Assembly (NCBI GenBank): GCA_965552055.1
Contig: CBEVQO010000001.1
Span: 320,001-384,000, forward strand
Direction of reading: 5' to 3'
Origin: an uncultured bacterium
GTDB taxonomy: Bacteria > Hydrothermota > UBA3073 > NMUJ01 > CBEVQO01
Length of the DNA: 64,000 nt
Positions within the stretch are counted from its first letter, which is position 1. Each line of letters starts with the position of its first letter. This document shows positions 52,568-63,348 of this stretch, one piece after another. The notes below the pieces were generated by a model, which saw only the letters and a program-made list of their open reading frames with translations, did no database searches and was not told the origin of the DNA. A program made the position numbers and the translations under genes.

Positions 52568-52907
52568 AATAATTACACCTATAAAACAAAAAGATTTAAA
52601 GGAAATATGGGAATTGACAAAGAAAACTTTTAGTAAAATAGGCACCGAACATTCGAGACAGAGGCTAATTTATGATTTACTTAACGCTTTGAGAACCCAT
52701 AATAGAAAAAAGTTCATAGAGTTGATTCTTAGGAAAATAAACACACTTAAATCGGAAGACAAAAATAATAAAATTAAACTTATGAATCGTCTTAGTAATG
52801 TTTATATTGAATATGACACAACCGAAAATTTTGAAAAAATGGCATATACTATTATAATGGGGATAATGAGCGTTGAAAGTGAAGAAAAAGGAGGGAAAAA
52901 TGAGTAA
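52554..52907 (+). CDS. Separately encoded small subunit (Cas11-like)
   Basis: Own GGAGG RBS; LIYDLLNALRTHNRKKFIELIL..FEKMAYTIIMGI resembles the C-terminal domain of the upstream Cas8. Confidence 0.7.
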   Translation: MRENEIITPIKQKDLKEIWELTKKTFSKIGTEHSRQRLIYDLLNALRTHNRKKFIELILRKINTLKSEDKNNKIKLMNRLSNVYIEYDTTENFEKMAYTIIMGIMSVESEEKGGKNE

Positions 52908-53979
52908 CGAAGGAATAAATAAAACAAAGATAAAATTTATAACAATGGATATTGTATTTTATGGAAGCTCGTTAAACTACGATTGGGGAGAAACGAATTA
53001 TCAGGAACTTAAAAAGGTAACAAAATGGGACGGAAGACAGTATGTTTTGGTAAGCAGATACGCTCTTAGATATAGTATATTACATTGGGCAAATAAGCTA
53101 TTCCCAGATGAGTGGAAATTGGCAGGACAAGATGTATTGATAGCCCCAAAAGAAGGTGTAGCAAGGTTGAAAAGTAAAGAAGAAGTAAATAAAGAAAATA
53201 AAGAATATAAAAACTTCCTTAAAGAAGTTTTCGAGAAATACCCGGAATTTGACTTGTTCGGCTTTATGGTAGCCAAAGAAAAAGAAAAAGGCAAAGAAGG
53301 AGAACAAGCTTTGACGAGAGTCTCTCCTGTGAAAATAAGTCATGCGATTTCTTTAACTCCAACGAATCTCGACACTCATACTATGGCAAATTTAGATATG
53401 GTTAGAAGAGCGGGAGGTAAAGGAAGTAACCCCGTTGGAATCGAAGAAAAAACAGATTTTTATGTGTATAACATAACCATAGATGTTGAAAGAATAGGTA
53501 AATATCTTAAAAGCGAGCATGGTGATAAAAATATTAAAGAAGATATTAAAATCGACGAAGATAAAGCCAAAAAGAGAATTATTCAGCTGATCGAAACAGT
53601 TCTGAACTTGAAAAGAGATATAAAAGGCAGGAGAGAAGATTTATCGCCTTGGCTTGTTATTTTGGGTATATATGAAGATGGTAGATATGAAACTTTCGTT
53701 GATAAAATAAGGTTAGAAAGGAAATCGCACTATAAAGTTAAAAGGACACACCGGAAAGAGGGAGATACTGAGATAATCGAAAATGAGATTGAGGAAGGGT
53801 TAATGCCGCTTTTTATCATTGATCTCCCACCCGCGAGAAAAAACTTATGGATATATTACAGAAAAGGATTTTGCGATTATGAACCTAAAATTGCTCAAGA
53901 CCTAGAGCTTACAAAGAAGGAAAAAATAATAGAAATTATAGAAAATAAACTTCAAATAAAAAATCAAAGAAAAAAATAA
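52900..53979 (+). CDS. cas7: Type I-B Cas7 (Cst2/DevR family)
   Basis: SLNYD, LKKV, VSRYALRY, PEFDLFGFM, RVSPVKISHAISL. Confidence 0.92.
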   Translation: MSNEGINKTKIKFITMDIVFYGSSLNYDWGETNYQELKKVTKWDGRQYVLVSRYALRYSILHWANKLFPDEWKLAGQDVLIAPKEGVARLKSKEEVNKENKEYKNFLKEVFEKYPEFDLFGFMVAKEKEKGKEGEQALTRVSPVKISHAISLTPTNLDTHTMANLDMVRRAGGKGSNPVGIEEKTDFYVYNITIDVERIGKYLKSEHGDKNIKEDIKIDEDKAKKRIIQLIETVLNLKRDIKGRREDLSPWLVILGIYEDGRYETFVDKIRLERKSHYKVKRTHRKEGDTEIIENEIEEGLMPLFIIDLPPARKNLWIYYRKGFCDYEPKIAQDLELTKKEKIIEIIENKLQIKNQRKK

Positions 53980-53980
53980 A

Positions 53981-54793
53981 ATGGGAAAAGTGCTTTATAT
54001 CAAGATTTTTCAACCCTTTGCTCAATACAGGAATCCATATACTTTTTATTATGCGCAAACTTATCCTTTACCTCCCAAATCCACAATCATTGGAATGTTA
54101 CAAAATGCAACTAACAGATATTATGATGAAAAATTTTGGAACCTTGAAGTAAGTGTTCATGGAGGGTTTGAGAGTATTTTTTGGAACTATCAACAATTAA
54201 TTAAAGGATTTCCTTATTTGGAGAAAATAGGAGGAAATATTTATTTAACCGGCAAAGATAAACTACTGCTATACGGTAAAGGTAAAAAGTCTCAGCGAAC
54301 TCCTGTGTATCAACAGGAACTATTTAACGGACATTTGCATATTTTCATTAGACTTAAAAAGAGCAAAGATAACGACAATCTCCTTGAGGAAATTAAAGAG
54401 GCTTTAAATAACCCTAAGAAAGTATTATCTTTAGGGAGAAGTGAAGATATAATTTTTATAAGAAAAGTGGAATTTGTTAACAAAGAAAATGTAGAAAAAG
54501 CTAAATCATTTAAATTATTTTACCCAACTTATATTAAACAAAAAAATCTCCAAATAAAAAAGCAAAAATATCCTGTATATTCGGTACCGGTAAAGGTTAT
54601 ATTTAAAAACAAAGGAATTCCAATAAAAAATAAATCTGAGATTTCGAAAAATACCGAAAGAGAAGTCGAATACGAAGTTGTGATATACACAGGGTTCGAT
54701 TATACTATAACCTTGAAAGAACCTAAAGAAATCGAGGAATTTAACATAGATGGATTAAGATTTAGAATAATTAAGGATTTCGGATGGTTATGA
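53981..54793 (+). CDS. cas5: Type I-B Cas5
   Basis: AQYRNP..TYPLPPKSTIIGML, LSLGRSED. Confidence 0.92.
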   Translation: MGKVLYIKIFQPFAQYRNPYTFYYAQTYPLPPKSTIIGMLQNATNRYYDEKFWNLEVSVHGGFESIFWNYQQLIKGFPYLEKIGGNIYLTGKDKLLLYGKGKKSQRTPVYQQELFNGHLHIFIRLKKSKDNDNLLEEIKEALNNPKKVLSLGRSEDIIFIRKVEFVNKENVEKAKSFKLFYPTYIKQKNLQIKKQKYPVYSVPVKVIFKNKGIPIKNKSEISKNTEREVEYEVVIYTGFDYTITLKEPKEIEEFNIDGLRFRIIKDFGWL

Positions 54794-57492
54794 ATTTGGA
54801 TTTATTGGAAATGTTAAGAGCCAAATCTGAAGGTGCTAATCTCTTTTTAAAGGATCATTTGCTCGAAACTTTAAAAAGAGTGAAGAAATTAAAAGATTTT
54901 ATAAAAAATAATAAAATAAAAATAGAAAATGCCGACAAATTTTTTGATAATTTAGCTCTCGCAGCTATTATCCACGATTTGGGTAAAATTAGCTATAAGT
55001 TTCAAAAAGAAATGTATAAGAAAGATGAAAGCGAATGGGAAAAAATAGAGAAATTCTTATCCCCTTTAAAGAAAGCCAAAGTACGCCATGAAATTCTTTC
55101 AGCAATTTGGGCTTCAATTTTACTTCAAGATAATGATGAATGGTCAAGGAAGATAAGAACAGCTGTATTATTGCATCACCGCAATGACTTCGTCAAAGAA
55201 GATAAAGAAATAAATTTAGCTGAAATCGTTGGAGAATACGAAGACGATGTTAAAAAATATGTAGAATTTATCTGCAATAATTGGGATAATTTAAAAAAAT
55301 TTTTTGATGATTTAATTTCATACTTTGAAAAAGGAAATATAAAATTTAAATCCTTAGAAACCTTTAAGAATAATTTGGAAAATTTAAAAGAAAGGGCAAA
55401 CGAGCTATTAAAAGTAATAAATAACGGTATTGGCTATCTTGAATTTGCTGAATTTTATGAAGCAAATAATTATAATCCTGATTATAACTTTTTATTTTTT
55501 ATGGGATGCCTAAGAAGATGCGATCACTCATCTAGTGCTGATGTCGATATCGAGAAAAACATAAAATTAGAAGATTTTTACAATGAAATGGAAAAGAATA
55601 TAAAACAAGAAATAAAGGCTCAAGGAAAGGAAATTTGGCAAGAAAAATTGTTAAAAAATGTTGGCAAAGAGTCAATAGTTCTAATAGCACCCACAGGTGC
55701 CGGAAAAACTGAATTTGCTCTACTATGGGCTAAGAATATAGGTAAAAAACTCATTTACACTTTACCCTTAAGAGTAGCCTTAAATGATCTTTATAAAAGA
55801 TTCATTAATTACATGTCTAGCAAAGATGAAAATGTGGGATTACTTCATTCTACTGCATTTATGGAATATGAGATTAAAAAAGAAGATTTGCTTCTTGAAG
55901 CAGAAATTGAATCAGAAAAAGAAATTACAAATGAAATTGAGAAAAAGATGTTAACGGCAAGGCTCCTTTCATATCCATTAATGCTTTCTACTCCCGATCA
56001 AGTTTTTCTTACTTCACTTAACTATTACGGTTCTGACATCATTATCTCAATTTATCCGCTATCAGCTTTTGTTGTCGATGAAATACAAACATATACTCCA
56101 ACGATGGCCGCTGTAATCATAAAAACTCTACAAATCATTAAAAACCTTGACGGAAAAATACTTGTGATGACTGCTACATTGCCGCCTTATTTTGAGCCTT
56201 TCTTTTTTGAAGATGCAAAATATATTGAAGAAATTAATGAAAGTAACCAAAAAATTTTATCTCAATATCGCTTAAATTTACAAAAAATAGATACGAAAGA
56301 TATGAAAAAAGAAGTTAGGAATTATGAATTAAAAAGACATAAAATTAAAATTGTTGAAAATAGCTTAATAGATGATTTAAAGGGTGACTTAAAAGTAAAC
56401 GAAAAAATTTTAGAAAATTGCTTAACTGAACTTAAAAATTCTGGCAAAAGAAACATCCTTATTGTTGTAAATAATGTAAGTAAAGCAATCAAAATTTATG
56501 AGTACTTAAAAAAGAAGTTTAATAAAAATATATTTCTACTTCACTCACGATTAATTGAAAAAGAGAAAGACAGGCGAATTCAATTGGTTAAAAAGCTCAT
56601 CAATAAATCCAAATCAAATAAAGATATAGAAGACATTGAAAAATTACGCTTAAAAAACGAAAATATTGATGTTAATTCTCCAACTATTGTTGTTGCAACC
56701 CAAATAATCGAAGCTTCTGTTGACTTCGATTTTGACGGTATGATAACCGAAATTTCACCGATTGATAGTCAAATACAAAGGTGGGGTAGGGTTTATAGAA
56801 ACCCAGAAAGAAGAGGCAATAAAGATTATAGTGAAGAACAACCCAATATTTATATTTCCACCGTAATCGATAAAAGAACAAAAGGTATTTACCGTGGAAA
56901 AATAATGAAGAAAATTCTGGAGGAAACTGTAAATGTTTTAAAACAATTTCAAAATACATTTTTAAATTATGAGGAAGAAAGAAGAATGATAGAAGAAGTC
57001 TTTGAGAAGAAAATTAACGGAAAAACTTTAAAAAATCAATTTATAAATGAAATATGTGAAACCTTAAAGTTTCTTAAGTATTCTTATTTATTTATCAAAG
57101 AAGAAACTGATGCAAGAAAACTTTTCAGGGAAATCACTTCATTTCAAGTCGTAATTCCAAAAATTATGGAACTTTACGGTCAAGAAAATCATAAAAATCT
57201 CGCTAAATTTATCGGTAAGTCTGAAAACAGATGTTTATCATGGAAAGAACTTGAAAAAGAAATGAAAATGGATAAGTGGGAAATAAAGAAAATCTTGTAT
57301 CTGTATTCTATAAATGTTCCTTTTTTCTACTTTACAAATTTGAAACTTCAAGGAAAATTGAGCGAGTTCAAAGGACTTTATGTATTAGATGTAAACGAAG
57401 AAGACGCGAAAATAATTTATGAATTCGGATTAGATAGATTTATGAAAAAACTTGGAGCCAAAGACGAAGAGGAAGAATTGCAAAAATTCTAA
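54790..57492 (+). CDS. cas3: Cas3 HD nuclease-helicase
   Basis: IIHDLGK, HH, APTGAGKTE, VVDEIQ, MTAT, LLHSR, QRWGRVYR. Confidence 0.97.
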   Translation: MNLDLLEMLRAKSEGANLFLKDHLLETLKRVKKLKDFIKNNKIKIENADKFFDNLALAAIIHDLGKISYKFQKEMYKKDESEWEKIEKFLSPLKKAKVRHEILSAIWASILLQDNDEWSRKIRTAVLLHHRNDFVKEDKEINLAEIVGEYEDDVKKYVEFICNNWDNLKKFFDDLISYFEKGNIKFKSLETFKNNLENLKERANELLKVINNGIGYLEFAEFYEANNYNPDYNFLFFMGCLRRCDHSSSADVDIEKNIKLEDFYNEMEKNIKQEIKAQGKEIWQEKLLKNVGKESIVLIAPTGAGKTEFALLWAKNIGKKLIYTLPLRVALNDLYKRFINYMSSKDENVGLLHSTAFMEYEIKKEDLLLEAEIESEKEITNEIEKKMLTARLLSYPLMLSTPDQVFLTSLNYYGSDIIISIYPLSAFVVDEIQTYTPTMAAVIIKTLQIIKNLDGKILVMTATLPPYFEPFFFEDAKYIEEINESNQKILSQYRLNLQKIDTKDMKKEVRNYELKRHKIKIVENSLIDDLKGDLKVNEKILENCLTELKNSGKRNILIVVNNVSKAIKIYEYLKKKFNKNIFLLHSRLIEKEKDRRIQLVKKLINKSKSNKDIEDIEKLRLKNENIDVNSPTIVVATQIIEASVDFDFDGMITEISPIDSQIQRWGRVYRNPERRGNKDYSEEQPNIYISTVIDKRTKGIYRGKIMKKILEETVNVLKQFQNTFLNYEEERRMIEEVFEKKINGKTLKNQFINEICETLKFLKYSYLFIKEETDARKLFREITSFQVVIPKIMELYGQENHKNLAKFIGKSENRCLSWKELEKEMKMDKWEIKKILYLYSINVPFFYFTNLKLQGKLSEFKGLYVLDVNEEDAKIIYEFGLDRFMKKLGAKDEEEELQKF

Positions 57493-57513
57493 TAAATTTC
57501 CTATCCGAATAAA

Positions 57514-58008
57514 ATGATTAGTGTGACAGGTACCATCCTAAACGCCTTTCTCATCTGTCCGAGAAAAGCATGGCTATTGGCAAGGGAACTATCTCCTGAC
57601 CCAGATAACGAACTAATACAACTCGGTAAACTAATCGCAGACGAAACTTTCAAAGATAAAAGAAAAGAAATTATCTTAGAAAATATAAAAATAGACCTTA
57701 TTGAAACCAAAAAGGGAAAATTAATAGTGGGAGAAATTAAAAAAGCATCCACTTTTATAGAAGCAGCAAAACTGCAACTCGCTTTCTACCTGTGGAAACT
57801 CAAAGAAAAAGATGTCAATGCCGAAGGCGAATTGATAATACCAAAAGAAAGAAAAAGAATCAAAATAGAACTATCTGATGAACTGATAAATAAACTTAAA
57901 AATACCATCTCTGAAGCCGAAAATTTAATAAAAATGGATAAACCGCCAAAACCCGTTAGAAAATCATTCTGTAAAAATTGTGCTTACAAAGAATTGTGCT
58001 TCGCTTAA
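57514..58008 (+). CDS. cas4: Cas4
   Basis: CPRKAW, KIDL..EIKK, QLAFYL, CKNCAYKELC. Confidence 0.95.
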   Translation: MISVTGTILNAFLICPRKAWLLARELSPDPDNELIQLGKLIADETFKDKRKEIILENIKIDLIETKKGKLIVGEIKKASTFIEAAKLQLAFYLWKLKEKDVNAEGELIIPKERKRIKIELSDELINKLKNTISEAENLIKMDKPPKPVRKSFCKNCAYKELCFA

Positions 58009-58009
58009 A

Positions 58010-58999
58010 ATGAAGTCAATTTACATATTCTCATCAGGAGAAATAAAAAGAAAAGAAAATACAATCTTCATAAACACAGAAGAAGGCAAAAAATTTATAC
58101 CAGTCGAGAACATAAGAGAAATCCTGATATTCGGAGAAGTATCCATCACCAAAAAATGTCTCGAATTATTATCACAAAAAGAAATTTGCGTGCACTTTTT
58201 CAATTATTATGGATATTACACAGGAACTTTTTATCCAAGAGAACATTATAACTCAGGATACATGTTATTAAAACAATGCGAACATTACCTTGATTATCAA
58301 AAAAGATTATATCTCGCAAAAAGATTCGTCGAAGGAGCATTCTTAAACATGTCAAAAGTATTACAATATTACAACAAAAGAGATATAAATCTTGGAGAAG
58401 AAATCGAAAAATTAGAAAATCTGGCATCGAAAATAAAAGATACCCAGAATATTGACGAATTGAGGGCGATAGAAGGAAATATGCGACATCATTACTATCT
58501 TTCTTTTGATAAAATAATATCAAATGAAAATTTCAGATTTAATGTGCGAAGCAGGAGACCGCCACAAAACAGACTTAATGCATTGATAAGTTTTGGCAAC
58601 TCTTTGCTTTATGTGGTGATTTTAAGTGAAATTTACAAAACACATCTCGACCCGAGAATAGGATTTTTGCACGAAACAAATTTCAGAAGATTTACACTAA
58701 ATCTGGATATAGCAGAAATTTTCAAACCGGTAATCGTTGACAGGATAATTTTTACGGTTTTAAATAAAGAAATGATAAGAGAAAACGATTTTGATGAAGA
58801 ACTGAAAGGAATATATTTGAAAAATAAAGGAAGGATAACTTTTATAAAGGAATTCGATAAAAAGCTGGATTCAACAATAAGGCACGAGAAGTTAAAAAGG
58901 AATGTGTCTTACAGGACTCTGATAAGGATGGAGTTGTATAAATTGGAGAAGCATTTTATGGGGGATGAGGATTATTTTCCTTATGTGGCGAGGTGGTGA
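58010..58999 (+). CDS. cas1: Type I-B Cas1
   Basis: HFFNYYGYYTGTFYP, IEG, RRPPQNRLNALISFGNSLLY, GFLHE, DIAEIFKP. Confidence 0.97.
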   Translation: MKSIYIFSSGEIKRKENTIFINTEEGKKFIPVENIREILIFGEVSITKKCLELLSQKEICVHFFNYYGYYTGTFYPREHYNSGYMLLKQCEHYLDYQKRLYLAKRFVEGAFLNMSKVLQYYNKRDINLGEEIEKLENLASKIKDTQNIDELRAIEGNMRHHYYLSFDKIISNENFRFNVRSRRPPQNRLNALISFGNSLLYVVILSEIYKTHLDPRIGFLHETNFRRFTLNLDIAEIFKPVIVDRIIFTVLNKEMIRENDFDEELKGIYLKNKGRITFIKEFDKKLDSTIRHEKLKRNVSYRTLIRMELYKLEKHFMGDEDYFPYVARW

Positions 59000-59263
59000 T
59001 GTATGTGATACTTGTTTACGATATAAATGAAAAGAGGGTGCAAAAAGTATTGAAGACATGCAGGAAATATCTTTACTGGGTACAGAATTCTGTTTTTTGA
59101 AGGAGAGATAACAGGTGCGAAATTTGAGAAGTTGAAGATGGAACTGGGGAAGATAATAAACCCGGATGAGGATTCAATAATATTTTACATTTTCAGGGCG
59201 AAATCCTACACGAGGAGAGAGACAATGGGAGTGATAAAAGGAGGAGAGGCAGAAATAGTGTAG
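58999..59263 (+). pseudogene. cas2: Cas2 interrupted by +1 frameshift in T6 run (59093-59098)
   Basis: MYVILVYDINEKRVQKVLKTCRKYLYWVQNSVF* continues in the +1 frame as EGEITGAKFEKLK..DEDSIIFY..EIV*; 87 aa when joined. Confidence 0.92.
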
Positions 59264-59392
59264 TGAAGCGGATTGTCGATCCCCTGGGGTTCCGGGGCTA
59301 TCGGGGGTCGACACAGAATTTTTTCAAAAAATGAGCTTGACAATCTACGAAAATCATTATAAAATAATGAGAAAGAGCTCTTTGAAAAACGA
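59264..59392 (+). promoter_or_regulatory. CRISPR leader of array 2
   Basis: GTCGAtCCCC..GGGGGTCGAC inverted repeat, TTGACA (59337) and TATAAAAT; abuts first repeat. Confidence 0.9.
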
Positions 59393-62300
59393 GTTTCGAG
59401 CCTACCTATAAGGGATTGAAACACTCCTGATGGCATAGAAAATATGCAAGCGATTGATCTATTGTTTCGAGCCTACCTATAAGGGATTGAAACCGATTTT
59501 CCGAGCTATTGCTTCAAGCCCTTCAATCGCCTGTTTCGAGCCTACCTATAAGGGATTGAAACGATTTTTTATCCTCACTGACATTTGTCCCTCCTTTTAA
59601 TGTTTCGAGCCTACCTATAAGGGATTGAAACTTAGATACTTGAGTAATTCATCCGCGGATTTTATCTCGTTTCGAGCCTACCTATAAGGGATTGAAACCG
59701 TTTTTCTTGAATTCACTCTGTAGGAAATATTTAGGGTTTCGAGCCTACCTATAAGGGATTGAAACTTATCATCAATCTTCACGAAATCAGATTTCATAAA
59801 ACAAGTTTCGAGCCTACCTATAAGGGATTGAAACATTTTTTATCTCCAACAACAACATATCTCATGATTCACGTTTCGAGCCTACCTATAAGGGATTGAA
59901 ACTTTTATTCATTCAATTGGTTGCTTGTATTTTTTGGCCGGTTTCGAGCCTACCTATAAGGGATTGAAACGGCTAAATCCCATCATGACCATTCGCCTGA
60001 TTGCGAGTTTCGAGCCTACCTATAAGGGATTGAAACAGGTCCCTGTTCTTCAATCTTTTCCAGTATGCTACCAAGTTTCGAGCCTACCTATAAGGGATTG
60101 AAACCGCAAGTGCGCTGAATTCTTCGCACCGCCGATTTCCTCATGTTTCGAGCCTACCTATAAGGGATTGAAACTCGCCAGCACACTTCTCGACGTGTCC
60201 TGCCTTTCAGTCACGAGTTTCGAGCCTACCTATAAGGGATTGAAACGTTCAAAGTCATACCAAATCCTTCCAAAAAATATAAAGTTTCGAGCCTACCTAT
60301 AAGGGATTGAAACTTTAAATAATCCCAAATAGAAAGCTCAAAAACATATTGGTTTCGAGCCTACCTATAAGGGATTGAAACTTTGCATACGGCGGGGTTG
60401 CTGGGCGCAACATTGTCGATGGTTTCGAGCCTACCTATAAGGGATTGAAACTTAAAATTTCACGCAGATGGTCTCTTACTTCTTCCGCGTTTCGAGCCTA
60501 CCTATAAGGGATTGAAACTATCGGTATTACTACATACCAGACGCTCAATTGATTTCCTGTTTCGAGCCTACCTATAAGGGATTGAAACGTATTCGCGTAG
60601 CGTCCACCATGTCTTCTTATAATGGTTTCGAGCCTACCTATAAGGGATTGAAACGATAAAGCTAAGGAAGTAGCTGAAAAAATCCAAGAAAGTTTCGAGC
60701 CTACCTATAAGGGATTGAAACTAGTTCAATTTTGTCAATTGTAGCTGGTTTAAGAGATTGTTTCGAGCCTACCTATAAGGGATTGAAACATCCATGAACT
60801 CGGTAAAGAAGTCAATAACGCGGTCTTGTTTCGAGCCTACCTATAAGGGATTGAAACAAAAGCTCGAAAAGAACAAAAGGCTGACAAGGGTGGAAGTTTC
60901 GAGCCTACCTATAAGGGATTGAAACTCTTTAATCTGCGGAACTTGAGCCATAATGTTAAAGTTTCGAGCCTACCTATAAGGGATTGAAACGAAGACTGCA
61001 CGGTTCGGATCTTTTGTTTTCACAATTTTGTTTCGAGCCTACCTATAAGGGATTGAAACGTGAAAGTCGAAATTGAAAAATTGCCACATAAAGTTGGTTT
61101 CGAGCCTACCTATAAGGGATTGAAACTGAAAATCATCGAAGAACTTAATGCCGAAAAAACTGGTTTCGAGCCTACCTATAAGGGATTGAAACCCTCGTCG
61201 TTTTCAACCCCGGCGTCATATAGGTTAAAAAGTTTCGAGCCTACCTATAAGGGATTGAAACACTGAACACATACTTTCAGCCCCAATGTTTCTTTGAAAG
61301 TTTCGAGCCTACCTATAAGGGATTGAAACTCCCGAAGGCTTAATCGTAACCTTTCTGTCTCCAATGTTTCGAGCCTACCTATAAGGGATTGAAACTTTCC
61401 TTCTATACGCTTTAACCATCCTTTCTGGTGGAGTTTCGAGCCTACCTATAAGGGATTGAAACTCGCTTGGGTGCTAACTTGAACTGACATTCCTTCATTG
61501 TTTCGAGCCTACCTATAAGGGATTGAAACTTGTCATTTAATTCAAAAACAACCGCTGTAGCAGGAAGGTTTCGAGCCTACCTATAAGGGATTGAAACTGA
61601 AGAAGTCCCTTACCACGCAAAAGGACGGAAAATTGAGTTTCGAGCCTACCTATAAGGGATTGAAACCGTCTACCCGTAATATGCATCCGCAGGGTTGGAT
61701 CGTTTCGAGCCTACCTATAAGGGATTGAAACACCATATTTCCCTGTCAAATGGCTGTAAACATCCAAGTTTCGAGCCTACCTATAAGGGATTGAAACTTT
61801 CAGAACAAAAGACAAAAAGTTTTGGTGGCAACCGTTTCGAGCCTACCTATAAGGGATTGAAACGAAATCTCTGAAACTGAAAAAATTTCCGAAACTGAAA
61901 AGTTTCGAGCCTACCTATAAGGGATTGAAACTTTCAGAACAAAAGACAAAAAGTTTTGGTGGCAACCGTTTCGAGCCTACCTATAAGGGATTGAAACTTG
62001 TAATAAGCTATGAGATTCGGTATCTCTTTTGCTAACTGGTTTCGAGCCTACCTATAAGGGATTGAAACTCCTTATAAACTCAACGCCGAATCATGGGACT
62101 ACGAATGTTTCGAGCCTACCTATAAGGGATTGAAACTTCCTCCTTCCCTTATCTTCCACAAATATTTAATTAGTTTCGAGCCTACCTATAAGGGATTGAA
62201 ACGATAGGCTTAACTTTGAACGGGGCAATACGCAAAAGGGTTTCGAGCCTACCTATAAGGGATTGAAACTTTCCTTTTCCCTGCCCAATCCGATATGTTG

Positions 62301-63277
62301 TCAACGTTTCGAGCCTACCTATAAGGGATTGAAACTTTTAGTTGATGGCAAAAAGCACTATGTCTGCGATGTTTCGAGCCTACCTATAAGGGATTGAAAC
62401 CCTTTTATTTTTTACCATCATTCCATACCTCCACCAGTTTCGAGCCTACCTATAAGGGATTGAAACCATTATGAGGTGTTAAATTGACTATTGACATTTT
62501 CCCGTTTCGAGCCTACCTATAAGGGATTGAAACGATTTTTCAAGTTCACCATCGGCTCCTTTGCCTTTAGCGTTTCGAGCCTACCTATAAGGGATTGAAA
62601 CGAAGCTGAAGCAATGCCAATTTCTTATATTGGTAAGGTTTCGAGCCTACCTATAAGGGATTGAAACATGGTTTCGCCAACCGTGAGCACTCGATTACTA
62701 TTCACGTTTCGAGCCTACCTATAAGGGATTGAAACGATACAATTTTAGAAACAGCAGCTGACATAACAGCAAGTTTCGAGCCTACCTATAAGGGATTGAA
62801 ACCCCAAAATCGTCAAAGAAAAAGAGGAAATCGTGCGTGAGTTTCGAGCCTACCTATAAGGGATTGAAACGTTGTCTTATGTTTTCGATGTAGGTCTTGC
62901 GCAATTCTTCGTTTCGAGCCTACCTATAAGGGATTGAAACTTAGAAAAATATCATTATTTTTCTGATATAAAAAGACAGTTTCGAGCCTACCTATAAGGG
63001 ATTGAAAGAGATTTGATAAAAGGGAATTTAGTGAAAAACTTAAAAGTTTCGAGCCTACCTATAAGGGATTGAAAGATTTTTTTCATCACAGGAGAATCAT
63101 ATATTTGTTCCAAAAGTTTCGAGCCTACCTATAAGGGATTGAAATTTCACCAATCTGTGGGCCTCACTGATAGTTAATCTCGTTTCGAGCCTACCTATAA
63201 GGGATTGAAATAATACTACATTGCTCATAAGCAACACGACAACCTTTGTTTCGAGCCTACCTATAAGGGATTGAAAT
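59393..63277 (+). CRISPR. CRISPR array 2: 58 repeats / 57 spacers; repeat GTTTCGAGCCTACCTATAAGGGATTGAAAC
   Basis: 53 canonical repeats, then 2 ending GAAAG (62979, 63046) and 3 ending GAAAT (63116, 63182, 63248); repeat remnant at about 63285-63300. Confidence 0.98.
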
Positions 63278-63348
63278 AGAACTGCTACAGGGGATTGAAT
63301 TTATGGAAAAATTATCTTGACAAAGGTGCGACAGGATTATAATAGCTG

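Noticed and set aside
61060..61266. 68-aa ORF with repeated FEPTYKGLK
   Set aside because: Translation of CRISPR repeats and spacers
17771..63247. Self-targeting spacers or spacers shared between the two arrays
   Set aside because: None noticed by eye; an exhaustive alignment was not possible, so this is unconfirmed rather than excluded
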